In this document: positions 26,560 to 39,392 of the stretch, in pieces | How positions within the stretch are numbered: the stretch's first letter is position 1 | Layout of the letters: each line of letters starts with the position of its first letter | Assembly: GCA_951406725.2 (NCBI GenBank) | Contig: OX597814.1 | Location: 59,272,001 to 59,336,000 of the forward strand | Direction of reading: 5' to 3' | Length of the DNA stretch: 64,000 bases | Origin: Octopus vulgaris | Taxonomy: Eukaryota | The notes under the pieces: model-generated | The model's input: only the letters and a program-made list of their open reading frames with translations | The model's database searches: none | Told to the model about the DNA's origin: nothing | Made by a program: the position numbers and the translations under genes

Positions 26560-27813
26560 TGGAAACAATACAAGAAATATGGCATCATAAAGTTCTTAAT
26601 GATGGAAGTATGATCCTCTACATAAGAGAATGTCCCTGACGCGTTTATCCATTAACTTTGTCAAGGTAACTATTTCATCTGGTGTAATACTCTCAGCAGC
26701 ATCCACAATAGCTTCTCAGATCACATATTTCTTTGAAAACTGCCGTTCATCTTGATATATCTTCCTCTTCAAAAACTCTATAGATTTTCAATTGGATTTA
26801 TGTCGGTTGAACACGCTGGCCACTTCATCAAACGGTGTCCAGAGAAGCATAATTGTTGTAGGTATTCCAAAGATAACGCATTATCTTACATGAATACCAG
26901 CGTTCCCTTTAATGAAACTCTCTGATTCTTAAAACATGGGTTAAAATTGTCCACCAGAATGGCAACATAAGCATTAGATATCATCTTAATTGCGTCTGGA
27001 AATTTCCAAGGACCAACCAACTTGTCTCCAATGATGCTAGCCCAAATCATGACTCCGCCTCCTCTTCGTTAGTGACTTAAACGATGAGGACAATTTCAGC
27101 TAATTGCAACCCATCCTTTACTCCACCCATCTGGTCCGTTTAGGGTAGCATGGCATTTCTCAGTAAAGAGGACTTTTGAAAAATCTATCTTCGTGCAGTC
27201 TTCTGTCTATTTGACTCTATTTTGTTTATGAACAGCTTTTAGAGGTGGGATTGTAACAGGTTGTACGTTCTTAGCTACCTGCTTCAGGAGGCTACACCTT
27301 GTAGATTTCGAAATGTCTTCCCTACCACAACGTTTAAACACTTCTCGACTAGTCAGACACGTGCTCCTCGCAACTTCCCTCGTTATAAGTGACAGGGTAC
27401 ACCTGGAAACAACCCTCCATTTAGACATGTCAGCTCTCGAATGGACAGCAGAAGATTCCTCAAATTTCTTCATATTTCGATGACCTCTTCTCAGAATCTT
27501 TGATATTTCCAATGTTGTTTTCATTTTCCCAATCTCTGGGACGATGCTGGACTTCTCATTTGATGTTAAATCACGTTTTTGACCCATAATAACACTTTTA
27601 TTAGGCACTTGCCTAATAATCAAGAACAGTAAAATAGTTGCTGTTTCATGAAAATGGCTGCCGTTTGTATGCATCTGCACGGATCTCATTTACTTTACTA
27701 TAGTATGTGCAGGCAGATGTTGCCTCACTCAGTGAAGAAATATCTGGATTCGAACGAATAAATACGCTATTATTTCGGAAAAGCAATATTGCCTAATAAT
27801 TTGATCCACAGTG
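26560..27813 (-). mobile_element. Tc1-like DNA transposon relic
   Basis: Terminal 'cactgtggatcaaattattaggcaat' (minus, ~27788-27813) next to TA; internal copies of the motif at 27598-27620; other TIR not seen. Confidence 0.85.
26596..27587 (-). pseudogene. Tc1 transposase pseudogene
   Basis: MGQKRDLT...TLEISKILRR HTH region, VLFTE, GPDGWSKGW, GGGVMIWA, WPACSTDINPIEN; in-frame stops. Confidence 0.85.
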
Positions 27814-27815
27814 TA

Positions 27816-28015
27816 CTTACGCTGAAGTATTGAGAAATCTACAGCTACTCTATCCAGATTACAAGTTCAGGTTTATACCTGTGATTATTGGGGCACTGAT
27901 ATATGTAACACTGCCTAAATACCAATCTTGAGAAAGTAGGCCTCTTAAAATCAGAATGGCGAAAGCCGATTCGAAGACTATAGATCCACGCCATTACTAG
28001 AACTGTAAAAATCTA
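27816..28015 (+). mobile_element. RLE non-LTR retrotransposon C-terminal fragment
   Basis: LRNLQLLYPDYKFRFIPVIIGAL, similar to IPIIVGALG of the 49-kb element. Confidence 0.55.
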
Positions 28016-28551
28016 TGTTTATGCATGTATGTACGAATGAATTTATGTTTGTCTGTCTGTCTATCTGTCCGTCTGTCTTTCTGTTTGTATGCATGTATGT
28101 ATGTATGTATACTCTAAGAGATGGAAGGGGACTCGATAGCAGAGTATTAAGTTAAACAACAAATTTTCACTCTGTCATGAAGATATTTCAATATGTGGAT
28201 AATGATGATGAAGGATAGGTCAAATTTTTCTCATTTCAACTGATATAAATCAGCTACCACATTGAGTTTGACTCGTAAAGTGGTTGGCAAATTTATTGTT
28301 TACATTTCTTTTGTTGGCGAGAACAGAATTTAAGAGATAAAAACAGATGTGACAGCTTATTACTACGATCATGGAGGTGTTAGTAAACGGCGAAAAATGC
28401 AAAAAAAAAACAAAACATAGAAGGAACTAAAATAAGTAACGTAGCGGAGCTATTGGTTAGAACAGAGGTACAGAAAACATACGTGAGCTACCACAGTACA
28501 GGGGTCACAAATAAATTAAATTCGGTTATAAATAAACTAAAATTGACGTTA

Positions 28552-28970
28552 TAGGTGCGAGTGTGGCTGTGTGGTAAGAAGCTTGCATTCAAACCACATG
28601 GTTCTGAGTTCCGTTCCACTGCATGGCACCTTGTGCAAGTGGTTTCTAGTGTAGCCACAGGCTGACCAAATGGTTGGGTGTTGATTTCGTATACAGGAAC
28701 AGACAGAAAAAATCCCGTCATATGTGCGTGTGTGCCTGTGTGTGCGCGCGCGATTGTGTCTATCTGTCAATGTCCCCACCACCACCCTTGCTTGACGACT
28801 GACACAGGTGTCTTTATGTCCTCGTAACCTTGGCAACGCGAACGATAGGATAAATACAAAGCTTAAAGAAAAGAAGAAACCAAGTGCTGGGGTCGATTCA
28901 TTCGACTAAAAATTCTGCAAGATAATGCTCCAGAATGGCCGCAGTATAATGACTGAATAAAAGATAAAAG
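28552..28970 (+). mobile_element. Family B SINE, full length
   Basis: 'gtggctgtgtggtaagaagcttgc...aaccacatggttc...ggggtcgattcattcgactaaa...gataaaaga'. Confidence 0.85.
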
Positions 28971-29204
28971 ATTTGTATAAAATTAAATTAGGTACATCAG
29001 TTGTGAAGTGAATGATTAGTTGGTTGTATGCTGAAAGAAATAAGAAATCTGCACACCTAACTATCGAAATATTTCTTTGGTACCAACCAATTACTCATTT
29101 CTTAATGTTTTTAATTCGCGTTTAATCTAAAGTTAATTTAAACATAACCATATATCTGGTATATGCAACTGAGATTATATTGAATTAAAATATCCATCTA
29201 TGTA

Positions 29205-29349
29205 TCCTTTTCTACTTTAGGAACAAGCATCGATATTTGGTGGGAGAGAAGGGCCAGTCGATTAGATCTATCGACCCCAATACACAATATGGTACTTAAT
29301 TTATCGACTCCGAAAGGATGAAAGGTAATGTCGACCTCGGCGGAATTTG
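29205..29349 (-). mobile_element. 5'-truncated family A SINE with 17-bp TSD
   Basis: aaatatccatctatgta at 29188-29204 and 29350-29366. Confidence 0.85.
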
Positions 29350-29850
29350 AAATATCCATCTATGTAACGTACTCGATGTATACACCTAGTTGTTTCAACA
29401 GTTTGCACCAGTGGATGTTTTGAAATGACATCCTTTGTCGAAGCGTTGTGTCAAAACACAATAAACATTAGAGCGAAACGATAATTCTGCCCAACATTGG
29501 CCACCGAGTACGTCCGGTGCATTTCAGCCTTTGGAGGCAATGTCGATAGCGTTTTGTTTCATCCAATAACATCATGTTATTCTTGCACTAGCTATTGAAA
29601 CAACCGCAACCCTACAATAAAGATGCGTAATGATATCGCCTTTATTGCTTTACTTATTATACATGTGTGCTTCCAGAGAGAGAAAGAGAGAGAAAGATGC
29701 TTACATAGGAACACACAGAAACGCGTACACACATACGTGGTTCTTATCCTTGTTACTGAACAAGGAGAGCTCAAAACATTATCAATATATTGATATATAT
29801 GTATGCATGTATGTATGTATGTATGTATGTTTGTATGTATGTATATATAC

Positions 29851-29907
<57 letters not shown>

Positions 29908-30074
29908 GAGCATAATACATAGAATCGGATGAGATTACTGAACTGAATATGGTATTAGGCCTTCGAACCTGAACACGATCAGCTTTAATACTAATGTATT
30001 AAAGCTAGCATAGTAACGGTCAGTTCGTTGATCGAAAACAACGGGTTGAAATAGATGTATGTACGTACGTACAA

Positions 30075-30275
30075 AGGCAGTCAGCTGGCAGAATCGTAAG
30101 CATGAGGAACAACATGCTTCGGAACATTTCTCAATGCTCTGTATGCTCTGAGTTCAAATCCCGCTGCAGTAAACTTTGTCTTTCGTCTCTTCGGGGTCGA
30201 ATAAATAAAATAGATTTAATTGCCGGAATCAGCATTATCACCTTTCTCTTTTCACTGAAAATTGCAAGCCTTCAA
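30075..30275 (+). mobile_element. Family A SINE, degenerate
   Basis: 'agctggcagaatcgtaagca...ctgagttcaaatccc...tcggggtcga'. Confidence 0.75.
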
Positions 30276-30347
30276 CTTCGCAAATGTTCGACATCCCGAC
30301 CACGGATGCATAAAGACGTGATTTGCACGCATCTCAGTGTGTCTGTA

Positions 30348-30378
<31 letters not shown>

Positions 30379-30487
30379 GTGTATGTGTGTGTGTGTACGT
30401 GTTCGTTAAATGTTTGCGAGAGTGGGTACAACATATATAAATCAGAAGGTTGATCAAATAAATATACGTGTGCATGTTACTATCTAA

Positions 30488-30637
30488 CAGGTTCCATCTA
30501 CCAAATCCACTCACAAGGCTTTGGTCGGCCCGAGGCTATAGTAGAAGACACTTGCCCAAGGTGCCACATAGTGGGACTGAACCCGGAACCATGTTGTTGG
30601 TAAGTAAGCTACATACCACGCAGCCACTCTTGCGCCT
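30488..30637 (-). mobile_element. Family B SINE 5' half
   Basis: 'ccaaatccactcacaaggctttggtcggcccgaggctatagtagaagacacttgcccaagg'. Confidence 0.85.
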
Positions 30638-31090
30638 AATCTTCCCCAATACTAAATAGGAAATATACATAGTAGAAATCATACCTCCATACCCACAGTT
30701 TACACAGGTGGAGTAGAATAGTTAGTGGGCTCTTATGTAGATAGATATATGTGTGTGGGGGTATATATGTGTATATGCACATGTACGTAAGCATATGGAT
30801 ATGAAAGTAAACAGATCAACATACAGACGGATAGGTACATAGATAATACGAACAGACAAGCACACATACGCAAATGAAGACTGAAACACGTAGCCATATA
30901 TACACACACACTTTACTTCTCAGAAGGACACATATGAAGACACGTGTCCACACATTTGGAGATACACATCCATATACTCGAACATAGTACATTGTTGCAA
31001 AACACACACACACACAGACATGCACACACAAGGAGACATATACAAAAACACACTCACACACATACCTAAAAAATACTCAAACACGGCCAT

Positions 31091-31734
31091 ATAATTTACT
31101 TTACCACACACTGAAACTTTTAGAAATAGCAGCCAAAGAGTGTTTTTAGTCATTTCTTCTACTATTTGACTGAGCCCTAATTATATAACGTAATATTTTA
31201 AATATACCTTGAATGGTCCTTTTACATACTGAACACAACTTGGTGAAATTAATTAATGATTAATTAATTTTACCTTTTTATTATTGAGGAGGCAGAGAGA
31301 TGATACAATTTCTCTCCCCCTGTTTACTCTATAACTCACGCGGATGGCAGCAGAAGAAGTGCAACACCTCATTCGTACTTTTGAATTCGTTAGTACTGCA
31401 GTTGAAGATGGTTTGTCTGAGATTACTCATATCAGACGGGTGTGTTCGATTTTTAGTGCTTTCAAATCCAAATTAAGAAATGTTGAGCTGACGAAGGAGA
31501 TGTTGAATTTCAAATTCAACTAATCCAGAAACGTAACGTTCTCAAATGATCTTTGTACATGTGATATTTTGTTATTTTTCCCTCCATATCTACGTGAATT
31601 ATTTTTGAGTAAACACTGTATGGGAGATTTTTCTTATAGTAGAAGAAATGGCTAAAAAAACTTTTTTGCTGCTATTTCTAAAAGTTTCAGAGTGTAGTAA
31701 AGTAAATAATTTTACTGAGCCCTAATTATATAAC

Positions 31735-31737
<3 letters not shown>
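31091..31737 (+). mobile_element. Short non-coding HHR-bearing element with inverted and direct terminal repeats
   Basis: 31091-31164 inverted to 31637-31710; actgagccctaattatataacgta direct at 31169-31192 and 31714-31737; ends in (TA)n. Confidence 0.75.
31483..31545 (+). ncRNA. Type I hammerhead ribozyme, intact core
   Basis: ttgag-CTGACGA-agga..gttgaattt/aaattcaac..tcca-GAAA-cgtaacg-TT-ctcaa; perfect 5-bp stem I; A.A mismatch at base of stem II; GUU triplet. Confidence 0.8.
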
Positions 31738-31790
<53 letters not shown>

Positions 31791-32131
31791 GCATACGTAG
31801 ATATATGCGTATATACATACATACATACATACATACATGCATGCGTGCATGCATGCATAGGCACAGACACACACACACTGGCCCAAACACATACGCACAA
31901 ACAAACAAAACGGAACACAGTGTAAATAACGGACAGAGTCAAAGGTATTGAAAAGGTTGCAAGACGCAAGGAAAATTTTAGGAAAATAAAAATACGAAAT
32001 AAGTGGAATTGTTTCCCGTGAGTGCGTTAAATTATAAAGCACAAAAAGAAAATGACTCTCCCCAGACACAACAGAATACAATTCAACACACGAACTCGCA
32101 CACAGAATCTTGCAAACCAAATCCCAAAGTG

Positions 32132-32219
<88 letters not shown>

Positions 32220-32314
32220 TTAATCCAAACATGAACAAAGAGAAATAACAACAACTCGAGTAAGTCGAACAAGTATAGTATTTTTGGACGCTCAGGAAAG
32301 GAAAGAAAGAAGAA

Positions 32315-32352
32315 GAATTCAACGTTTCGAGCGTAGCACTTCGTCAGAAACA
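32315..32352 (-). ncRNA. Minimal hammerhead motif
   Basis: Minus strand: tgttt-CTGACGA-agtgctacgctc-GAAA-cg-TT-gaatt; weak stem I, one mismatch in stem II. Confidence 0.55.
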
Positions 32353-32617
32353 TAGAAAAAGCAAAGGTCCAAGGAAGGAAGAGGAAAAAGAAAATTGCCA
32401 ACGATACACACACGGTCAGATATTGAATGGGTAAAGAAAAAATTCTTTCAAAGACAGGAGAGTACAAAAGAAGAGGGTATGTGTGTGTATGTATATATAT
32501 CTATATTTATATAAAGAGAAAACGCAACAGCGCGAGGACGTGAAACAAGTATAGTGTTATTGGAAGCTCAGAAAAAGAAAGGAAGAAGGAGGATTTGACG
32601 TTTCGTATGTATGTATG

Positions 32618-32686
<69 letters not shown>

Positions 32687-32780
32687 CGGAAAGGTTTACG
32701 AAAATAAACAAAAGACGAAGGCAGGTGGAGTACAAACAAACAATGTATTAGTATGGCGCTCAGGAATAGAAATAAAACTA

Positions 32781-32815
32781 GTCTTTTACGTTTCGAGCCT
32801 ACGCTCTTCGACACC
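32781..32815 (-). ncRNA. Hammerhead-like motif with variant or decayed 5' core
   Basis: Minus strand: gtgtcgaa-gagc-gtag-gctc-GAAA-cg-TA-aaagac; perfect stem II, but core reads GUGUCGA. Confidence 0.45.
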
Positions 32816-33842
32816 AGCAGGTACAGTTCTTTCGTCCGCAATTACTTGATTTCCTTGTGCACATATCATACATGTCTGCCCGCTTCAGCTAAACATAGAT
32901 CTGTCTCGAATCTCATGCCCTGCATATTTTCTGAATATTCTTTCATAATTTATGCTTGGTTCCGTGAACTTTTCCTATGTTCCTTCTTCTCATTCTACGA
33001 CTTAACATAAACAAAGATCAAAAATGTGATACTCAACTCTCAGTAGTAATTAAACCTGTGTCCACATATGTGCTCGTGAACTACTGAGTGTGTTTGCTTG
33101 GTCATTTTCGTTTCGTGTGTGTAAACGTTTTAAGTACAGTTTTGATTGCTCAGGCTCAGTATCCACGCACATCTCACTTACAACTTGATTCTATAGAAGA
33201 GTATAATTTCCCAAATTATTTCCCTGAACGATCAACCTAATATCGATGTCAACAACACGATATTGCTATCAAAACAATTTATCGACATAATGCGCAATAA
33301 TTGTGAAACAGGTTTGAAAGAAATATGTATGAACAATTATAAAACATAATTATACGTATAATATATTCTAAATACTTCTGCATCGAATTGATCACTAATG
33401 AAATGTCAACTCACAAAATAGGAATGTGTGCATTCAATCAATCAACAGGGATGCAATTATAAGGTTTTCCCTTTGTTCGTAAACAAGATTAGTTATTTAC
33501 AAAATATCGCTCGCTGGGGTGCAACATCTGCACGTTTAACAAGTAAATTAGAAGATAATCTCCTTCTTAAATATCAAATATAATATAATTAAAATTCCTG
33601 CAATGTAATTAAAAATAATGAGCTAATTTATTCATTAGTTAAGTTTACTAGCGTGAATTGATAACATTTAGTAAAAGTGATTGAGTATAAAATTTTAATT
33701 CTAAAATTATTCTAAATAATCATATTACCTTTCTTTGCAGAAGGCATAAGTAGCGGTTGAGCACTGGTAATCGACTTGCACATACGCCCACAAAATGTCA
33801 GTGCTTGTGAATATAGTACAAAAGAATTATCACGTATTTCTA

Positions 33843-34030
33843 AGGCTGTGAGCTTGCAGATTGGTTAGAACTCTGGACAAAATGCTCAGGGGTATTTGTT
33901 CCGATTTCACGGACTGACATCAAATTCCGACATATTGGCTTTTATTATGTCGGCGTAGAAGAAATAAGAACAAGCTGAACATTTGTCCCTCCCCTCATAT
34001 TTACTGTTTATTACCACAATTAGAAACATG
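33843..34030 (+). mobile_element. Family A SINE, very degenerate
   Basis: 'aggctgtgagcttgcagattggttag...caaaatgctcaggggtattt'. Confidence 0.55.
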
Positions 34031-35814
34031 TATTTAACCTTTATTATCAAACTTTAACACGTGCTGTTTCAATTTTGTATCTAGACGCTAATCATTGTAT
34101 TAGTGATTGGTATTTACTGAGAGAAAGAAAAAACAATTATCATGCAGAGGACTTAGTACAAGAACAACAAATTCTCTGATTAGAAGTCTATTGACAATAT
34201 GAAGTCAGAAATTGCCTTCAGGACCTAATCACTATAAAAATTAAACTTAACAAGAGAAATTCTTATGACCTTTCCGAATGTGTGGTATGATAAACCACAC
34301 TGAATATTAAACGAGAAAGTGTTGAAAAAAAAAAGAACGACAGTAAGTTAGATATGCTGTTCTCCATATCTTCGAAAAATATCTTTCAATTTTATTAGAT
34401 CACCATCTGTCAGCTAACATCGAGGAAAGCCGAAATGAAACGTACGTCCGTAAAACAAATCAGTATAACCAAAAGTTTACTGATGAAATATTCGAGAACT
34501 GCCGTATTTTCAAACATTTAAAAACTTTTCAAAAAATCATGCCTTCGCATAACAATATGTTTTTAAATACAAATACACTTAATGAAAACAGTAACATTGA
34601 TATTATTAGCACTAACTGTTCTTTGAATAATAATAGCAACAATATTTGTATTTCTGATATAAATTCCAATCGCATTCGTTTCCTTAGCAGTAGTACTAAG
34701 ACTATAAACTCTATTTACGAATGTAAAATTACTTCCAGTTCTGACGTCTTTTTTCTATAGGTAGTTCTTCATCTCAGTTGTCCAAAAGAATATCTAATCA
34801 TTACTCTACATTTAGGAACACAAACAATTTGGTTTGGAATGGAATATTCTATCTACATCCTTTCCTTATGATAAAGGTAAAGTCGTTTTGTTCGTTGCAA
34901 ACATTGGCAAAAACATACCTTTAGTTCCTATAAGTGATTTCAACCAATCTATAAAAGTAGACCTTTTACTGTCTTTTACATTTTGCTTCCTCTACATATA
35001 TCTCTTACCACACATTTAATCTTTATTCCTATTCACATATCGCACTATATTTCCCCACTTTTAATTTTTCTGCTAATGTCTTTCTTCCTCCTCCTTCTCT
35101 TTTTATAAATTGCCTTTGACGTTATATCTATTAAAGTTTTTTTATTAATTGAATAACTTAACAGCGTTCCCTTCATCATATATGCTGTAATCACATTCGG
35201 TTAAAATGTCTTATTTTTGTGTTTTGTTTCTCTTTTTATCCCTGATGAGAAGTTTGCATTGTTTTACACCATTTTATTCCTTCTGGAATAATGTCAATGT
35301 TTTCTTCGAAACACATATAAAGATTTGATATGTGTATGCGTGCGGGCCTATATGTGTGTGTTTGGGTGTGTGTAGATGATGATGGTGATGATTTACTCAT
35401 CTTGTCAGGCGATAGCCGTCTCAATATCAGTATGATTGATCTGAGTCACTATCATCTTTGCATCTTTGCAGATAGGATATTTCATGCCATGTATCCATCG
35501 CCATATGACTTTATAAAATAAAAAACAGATTGAGATAAGAAATGATAATGAGCCATCTCTACGTCATAAGATTTAAGCGAGAAATACTTGTACAACAATT
35601 TTGCTATGCTCTCACTCGCCATGGTATATTCCTTTAACAAGCATTGCAAGATGACTTGTACAATTTATACAGCACGTTTTGTATCAGATTAGCTTTATTT
35701 TACAACAGCTGCCTTCATCTTGTTGAAAAATAACGGGAGCTTCGTTTATACCTTGAAACAAATATATATATACCTAGTCTTTACCTTGAAAATAAATATA
35801 TATAACTTGAATAC

Positions 35815-35920
35815 AGATAGGGGAACTGAGAGTAATGGGGATTCAGGAGTGACTCCAAGCTACCCACAACTCCAGAACTCCAATCTGCAGCCCCATTGCT
35901 TTGATGTCATATTCAGGACA
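35815..35920 (-). mobile_element. SINE-like repeat fragment
   Basis: 'gagagtaatgggg...gactccaagctacccacaactccagaactc'; related to 1-75. Confidence 0.45.
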
Positions 35921-35999
35921 CGCACACGTATATACATACCAATACGTGTATATAGAGATACATATGTGTGTGTGTGTGTGTGTGTGTGAGTTATTGTTG

Positions 36000-37100
36000 T
36001 ACTTCAGAATGGTAATTTTTATTTATTTATTTATATATTTTGGTTAAGTAAACACACACACTATATATTCGTTCTTCTTTCGTTTATTACTGTTCTTATT
36101 CTAACTCATGTCCATTGTCCGGAAAGCTTTCGTCACACATCTGTGACCTCCGGTCGACACTTTCCGTCTTCGTGTGTGTTATTGCTCTGCTTATTCTTTT
36201 CAACATACAACTTCACATGAGCAATCTTGCAACGCAAATTCATAAACTTAATCACATGAGCCTCAGCCAGGTTCGCAAAACGTTGAAAAACACTATATTC
36301 TGTTGTCTTAAAAACATCATTACAACAGAACAACTTTACTTCGTAAAGCTGTGTCTGCTTCAGAATATACACTTGCACGGTCACTAACAAGGTGGAAAAT
36401 CTACAACTAACAAGGAGACAAGCAGAAAGACTAAGAAGAATACTAAGGTTAGACACTAAGAGAATTTATACAGACTTAAGTCAACTAGAAAAAACGCAAA
36501 TGTTTGTTACTACGGGAGGTAAAGTACATCACCACACCAACAGAGAGAACAACTTTAATGGACATCATACACCAAGAAAGAGTTTACAGCAGACGTATAT
36601 GCGATAAACGCTTCAGCAAAAAATTTCGCATGGATTAGATATAAAGAACAATCAAGCAGTAAGAAAACCAGAGGTATCCGGATAAAATCAATGCGATATA
36701 TATGGAAGACGCCGTGCAAATGGCCGAATTTTGTAGGGGCAATAAAGTGAACATCTATGGAAATACAACAATCAACTCGGAACAATAGTCCATATTCTAA
36801 CTACTACCAAAGTTCACCGTATACGGAAAAGTAAATATAATACGTTCTCCCTCTGAGACAGAAAAAGCATTCACAAAAATTCGTTGAAGCCTGAATAAAC
36901 ATAACAACAACGACACAAACGACTATAACAATAACACAGACAACAGCAACAACAATAATAATACCTGTGGACACGTTGACTATAACAACACCACATCAAA
37001 AACAATATCAGCAATAGTAGTAACGGTTACTTCACAAACGGCCACAACAACAACAGCAACAACTATCACAATGGCAATATGAACGAACACAGGATAAGCA
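36000..37100 (+). mobile_element. Probable PLE 5' region: antisense pLTR with decayed HHR (36116-36160), then decayed N-terminal ORF
   Basis: Minus-strand gtcaca-gatg-tgtgac-GAAA-gctttc-cggaca; ORF pieces (MSNLATQ...LYFVKLCLLQNI) and an AAC-rich tract. Confidence 0.45.
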
Positions 37101-37109
37101 TTCTAAACG

Positions 37110-38057
37110 CTCTGACATCAGCATAACACTTGAATTTATCCAACAAGTTCAACAAGCTATTGATTACAGTCTCAGAAAGTCCATGGGGTCAATTGCAAGA
37201 GATCTCCATGTGTCAGAAGGAACAGTCAGAAATGCTGTCCACGTTGACACCAGATATAACACTTATATGATGAGGAAAGGTCAATTTGTCAGAAAAAGCA
37301 AAAGAAAATAACTGCATTATATCTAAAATGATCTTAGACAAACTGAAACATCTAGCGGAAGAAGATTTGATTTGGTTTTTCTCAAACGAGAAAAACTTCG
37401 ATCAGGAACAAAAAGTTAACAGAAGAAATTAGAGATGGTTATGCACAGACCCTTCTGAAGTTCCAAGTGTTAGGCATACAAATTTTCTTGCATCTTTCAT
37501 GGTTTCAGGGATTGTCAGCAATGAAGGTCATGGGATGCCTCCTTACTTATTTCCACAATGTCTTAAATTTAACTCTAACACCCATATTGTGGTTCTGGAA
37601 ATAATTGGTAAGCCCTGGATAGACATGTATGCTTCAGTAAGACTCTGCACTATCACACATGGCTCTAGTAAGACAGGAATGGATGGCTTAACATGTTCAT
37701 GATCACATAATCCATAACATTTGGCCTACTAGATTTCAATCCATTTGTCTATTATATGGGGAGCGTTGTTGAGAGAGAGAGCGAGGTCAATGAACACACC
37801 TATAACATCAAAGATTTTTTGAAAGCTGCCATAGTCAGATTAATATTCAAAGTGAGCCAGGACTACTTGATCCGAGCAGGTAGATGCATTAGATATCATA
37901 TAGACGCAGTTGTTGAAGCTGATGGTAGCTTATTGAATAACATTATAGGACAGAAGGTTTATTTTTCCCTCATAGCATCTTTTGATAAAGTTATTATCTG
38001 TTATCGTATAGCTGTTTTTTTATAAACATAAATCTGTCCTTATATATCTTACGAACC

Positions 38058-38060
<3 letters not shown>
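37110..38060 (+). mobile_element. maT/DD37D-like transposon relic, 3' part with TIR
   Basis: WFFSNEKNFDQEQKVNRRN, GIVSNEGHGMPPYLFPQ, KPWID; ends 'atatcttacgaaccctg' followed by (TA)n. Confidence 0.8.
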
Positions 38061-38109
<49 letters not shown>

Positions 38110-38525
38110 TCCCTTCTAAACACATATAATACGTATGTTCCTATGAGTATGTTTGAGCGGAAATATATGCGTGTGTGTCTGTGTGTATGTGTGTATGCGT
38201 ATATATATATGTATGTTCCTCATGTATATGCAGCTTCATTCTTACATAACTAAAATAACTTTAAGACATATTGATTTTATAAATTACAATATTACTCCTC
38301 TTATAACTTTCTCATTCCTCTGTTTATATTTTATATTTTATCTAATATAAATAATTTAATGCATCTAATAATAATAATGATTCTTGTGTATGCATATACA
38401 TGCAAATACATATGTATGTAGGTATATGTATTTATGAATTTTTATGTGTAAGAGTGTATATGTATGAATATGTATGTGTGTATGTATTTCTATTTATATT
38501 TATAACTTAAACTAACGTATTTGCT

Positions 38526-38657
38526 AAAATCTCTGAAGAAGCCTAGAGAATCACCCAAGTACCTCAATTTCATCTGCTAATTATTTCAGTCTACTGGAAG
38601 AATAAAGGTAGATTCAGGTATGTTTGCCTCTTGGCTGAAACAGCTGTAAGATATTTT
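38526..38657 (+). ncRNA. Type I hammerhead ribozyme, intact core, 97-nt stem II domain
   Basis: aaaatct/agatatttt stem I; CTGAAGA 38533-38539; agcctagag...ctcttggct; GAAA 38637-38640; palindromic acagctgt; GUA, predicted cleavage after 38648; lies in an AT-rich unit (~38110-38750) between (TA)n tracts. Confidence 0.8.
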
Positions 38658-38884
38658 CCCAATTTCTATTCCTGTATGTTAGATATTTTAATAATTACTG
38701 GTATCTTTATATATTATATATGTAAAGTATATGTTATACATGTATATATATATATATTGTTGTAATTGTCATTTTAGTAAATAAATAATTTGACATAATA
38801 TAATATCTAAAAGTTGATGAATACCACCTATTGATCCCCATCATTTTCTTACTGCTTTCTCTCTCTCTTTCCATATATATATAC

Positions 38885-38939
<55 letters not shown>

Positions 38940-39158
38940 TTATTTTATTCTTTTATTTAATTCAGTAATTTGACTGAGGCCAGGCTGGAGCAGCGCCTTT
39001 AGTCGAACAAATCGACCCCAGGACCTATTTCCTGTAAGCCTAGTACTTATACCATCAGGCTCTTTTGCAGAACCATTAAGTTACAGGGACATAAACACAC
39101 CATCATTTGTTTGCCAAGCGATGTTGGGAGGCGCAATCACAGACACACAAATACATAC

Positions 39159-39228
<70 letters not shown>

Positions 39229-39392
39229 TTATATAACACGCCGGGCTTCTTTCAGTTTCTGTCTATCAAATCCACTCCCATGACTTTGGCCGGCCCGAAG
39301 CTATAATAGAAGCTACTTACCCAACATTCCAAGCAGAGTGACTGAACCCGAAACCTTGTGGTTGAGAAGCAAGCTTCTTACCACACAGCCAA
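38940..39392 (-). mobile_element. Family B SINE, near full length
   Basis: Reverse complement of the 22368 element including the internal (TA)n. Confidence 0.85.

Larger units (their letters stand above)
32230..33240 (-). mobile_element. Cluster of PLE pLTR fragments with HHR motifs and a possible decayed ORF start
   Basis: Related units at 32240-32430 and 32516-32605 (truncated at (TA)n just past GAAAC); third unit 32690-32815. Confidence 0.65.

Noticed and set aside
33725-33770. Plus-strand acceptor ttctttgcag followed by a short exon candidate
   Set aside because: Stop codons in all three frames before the next GT donor; no other support
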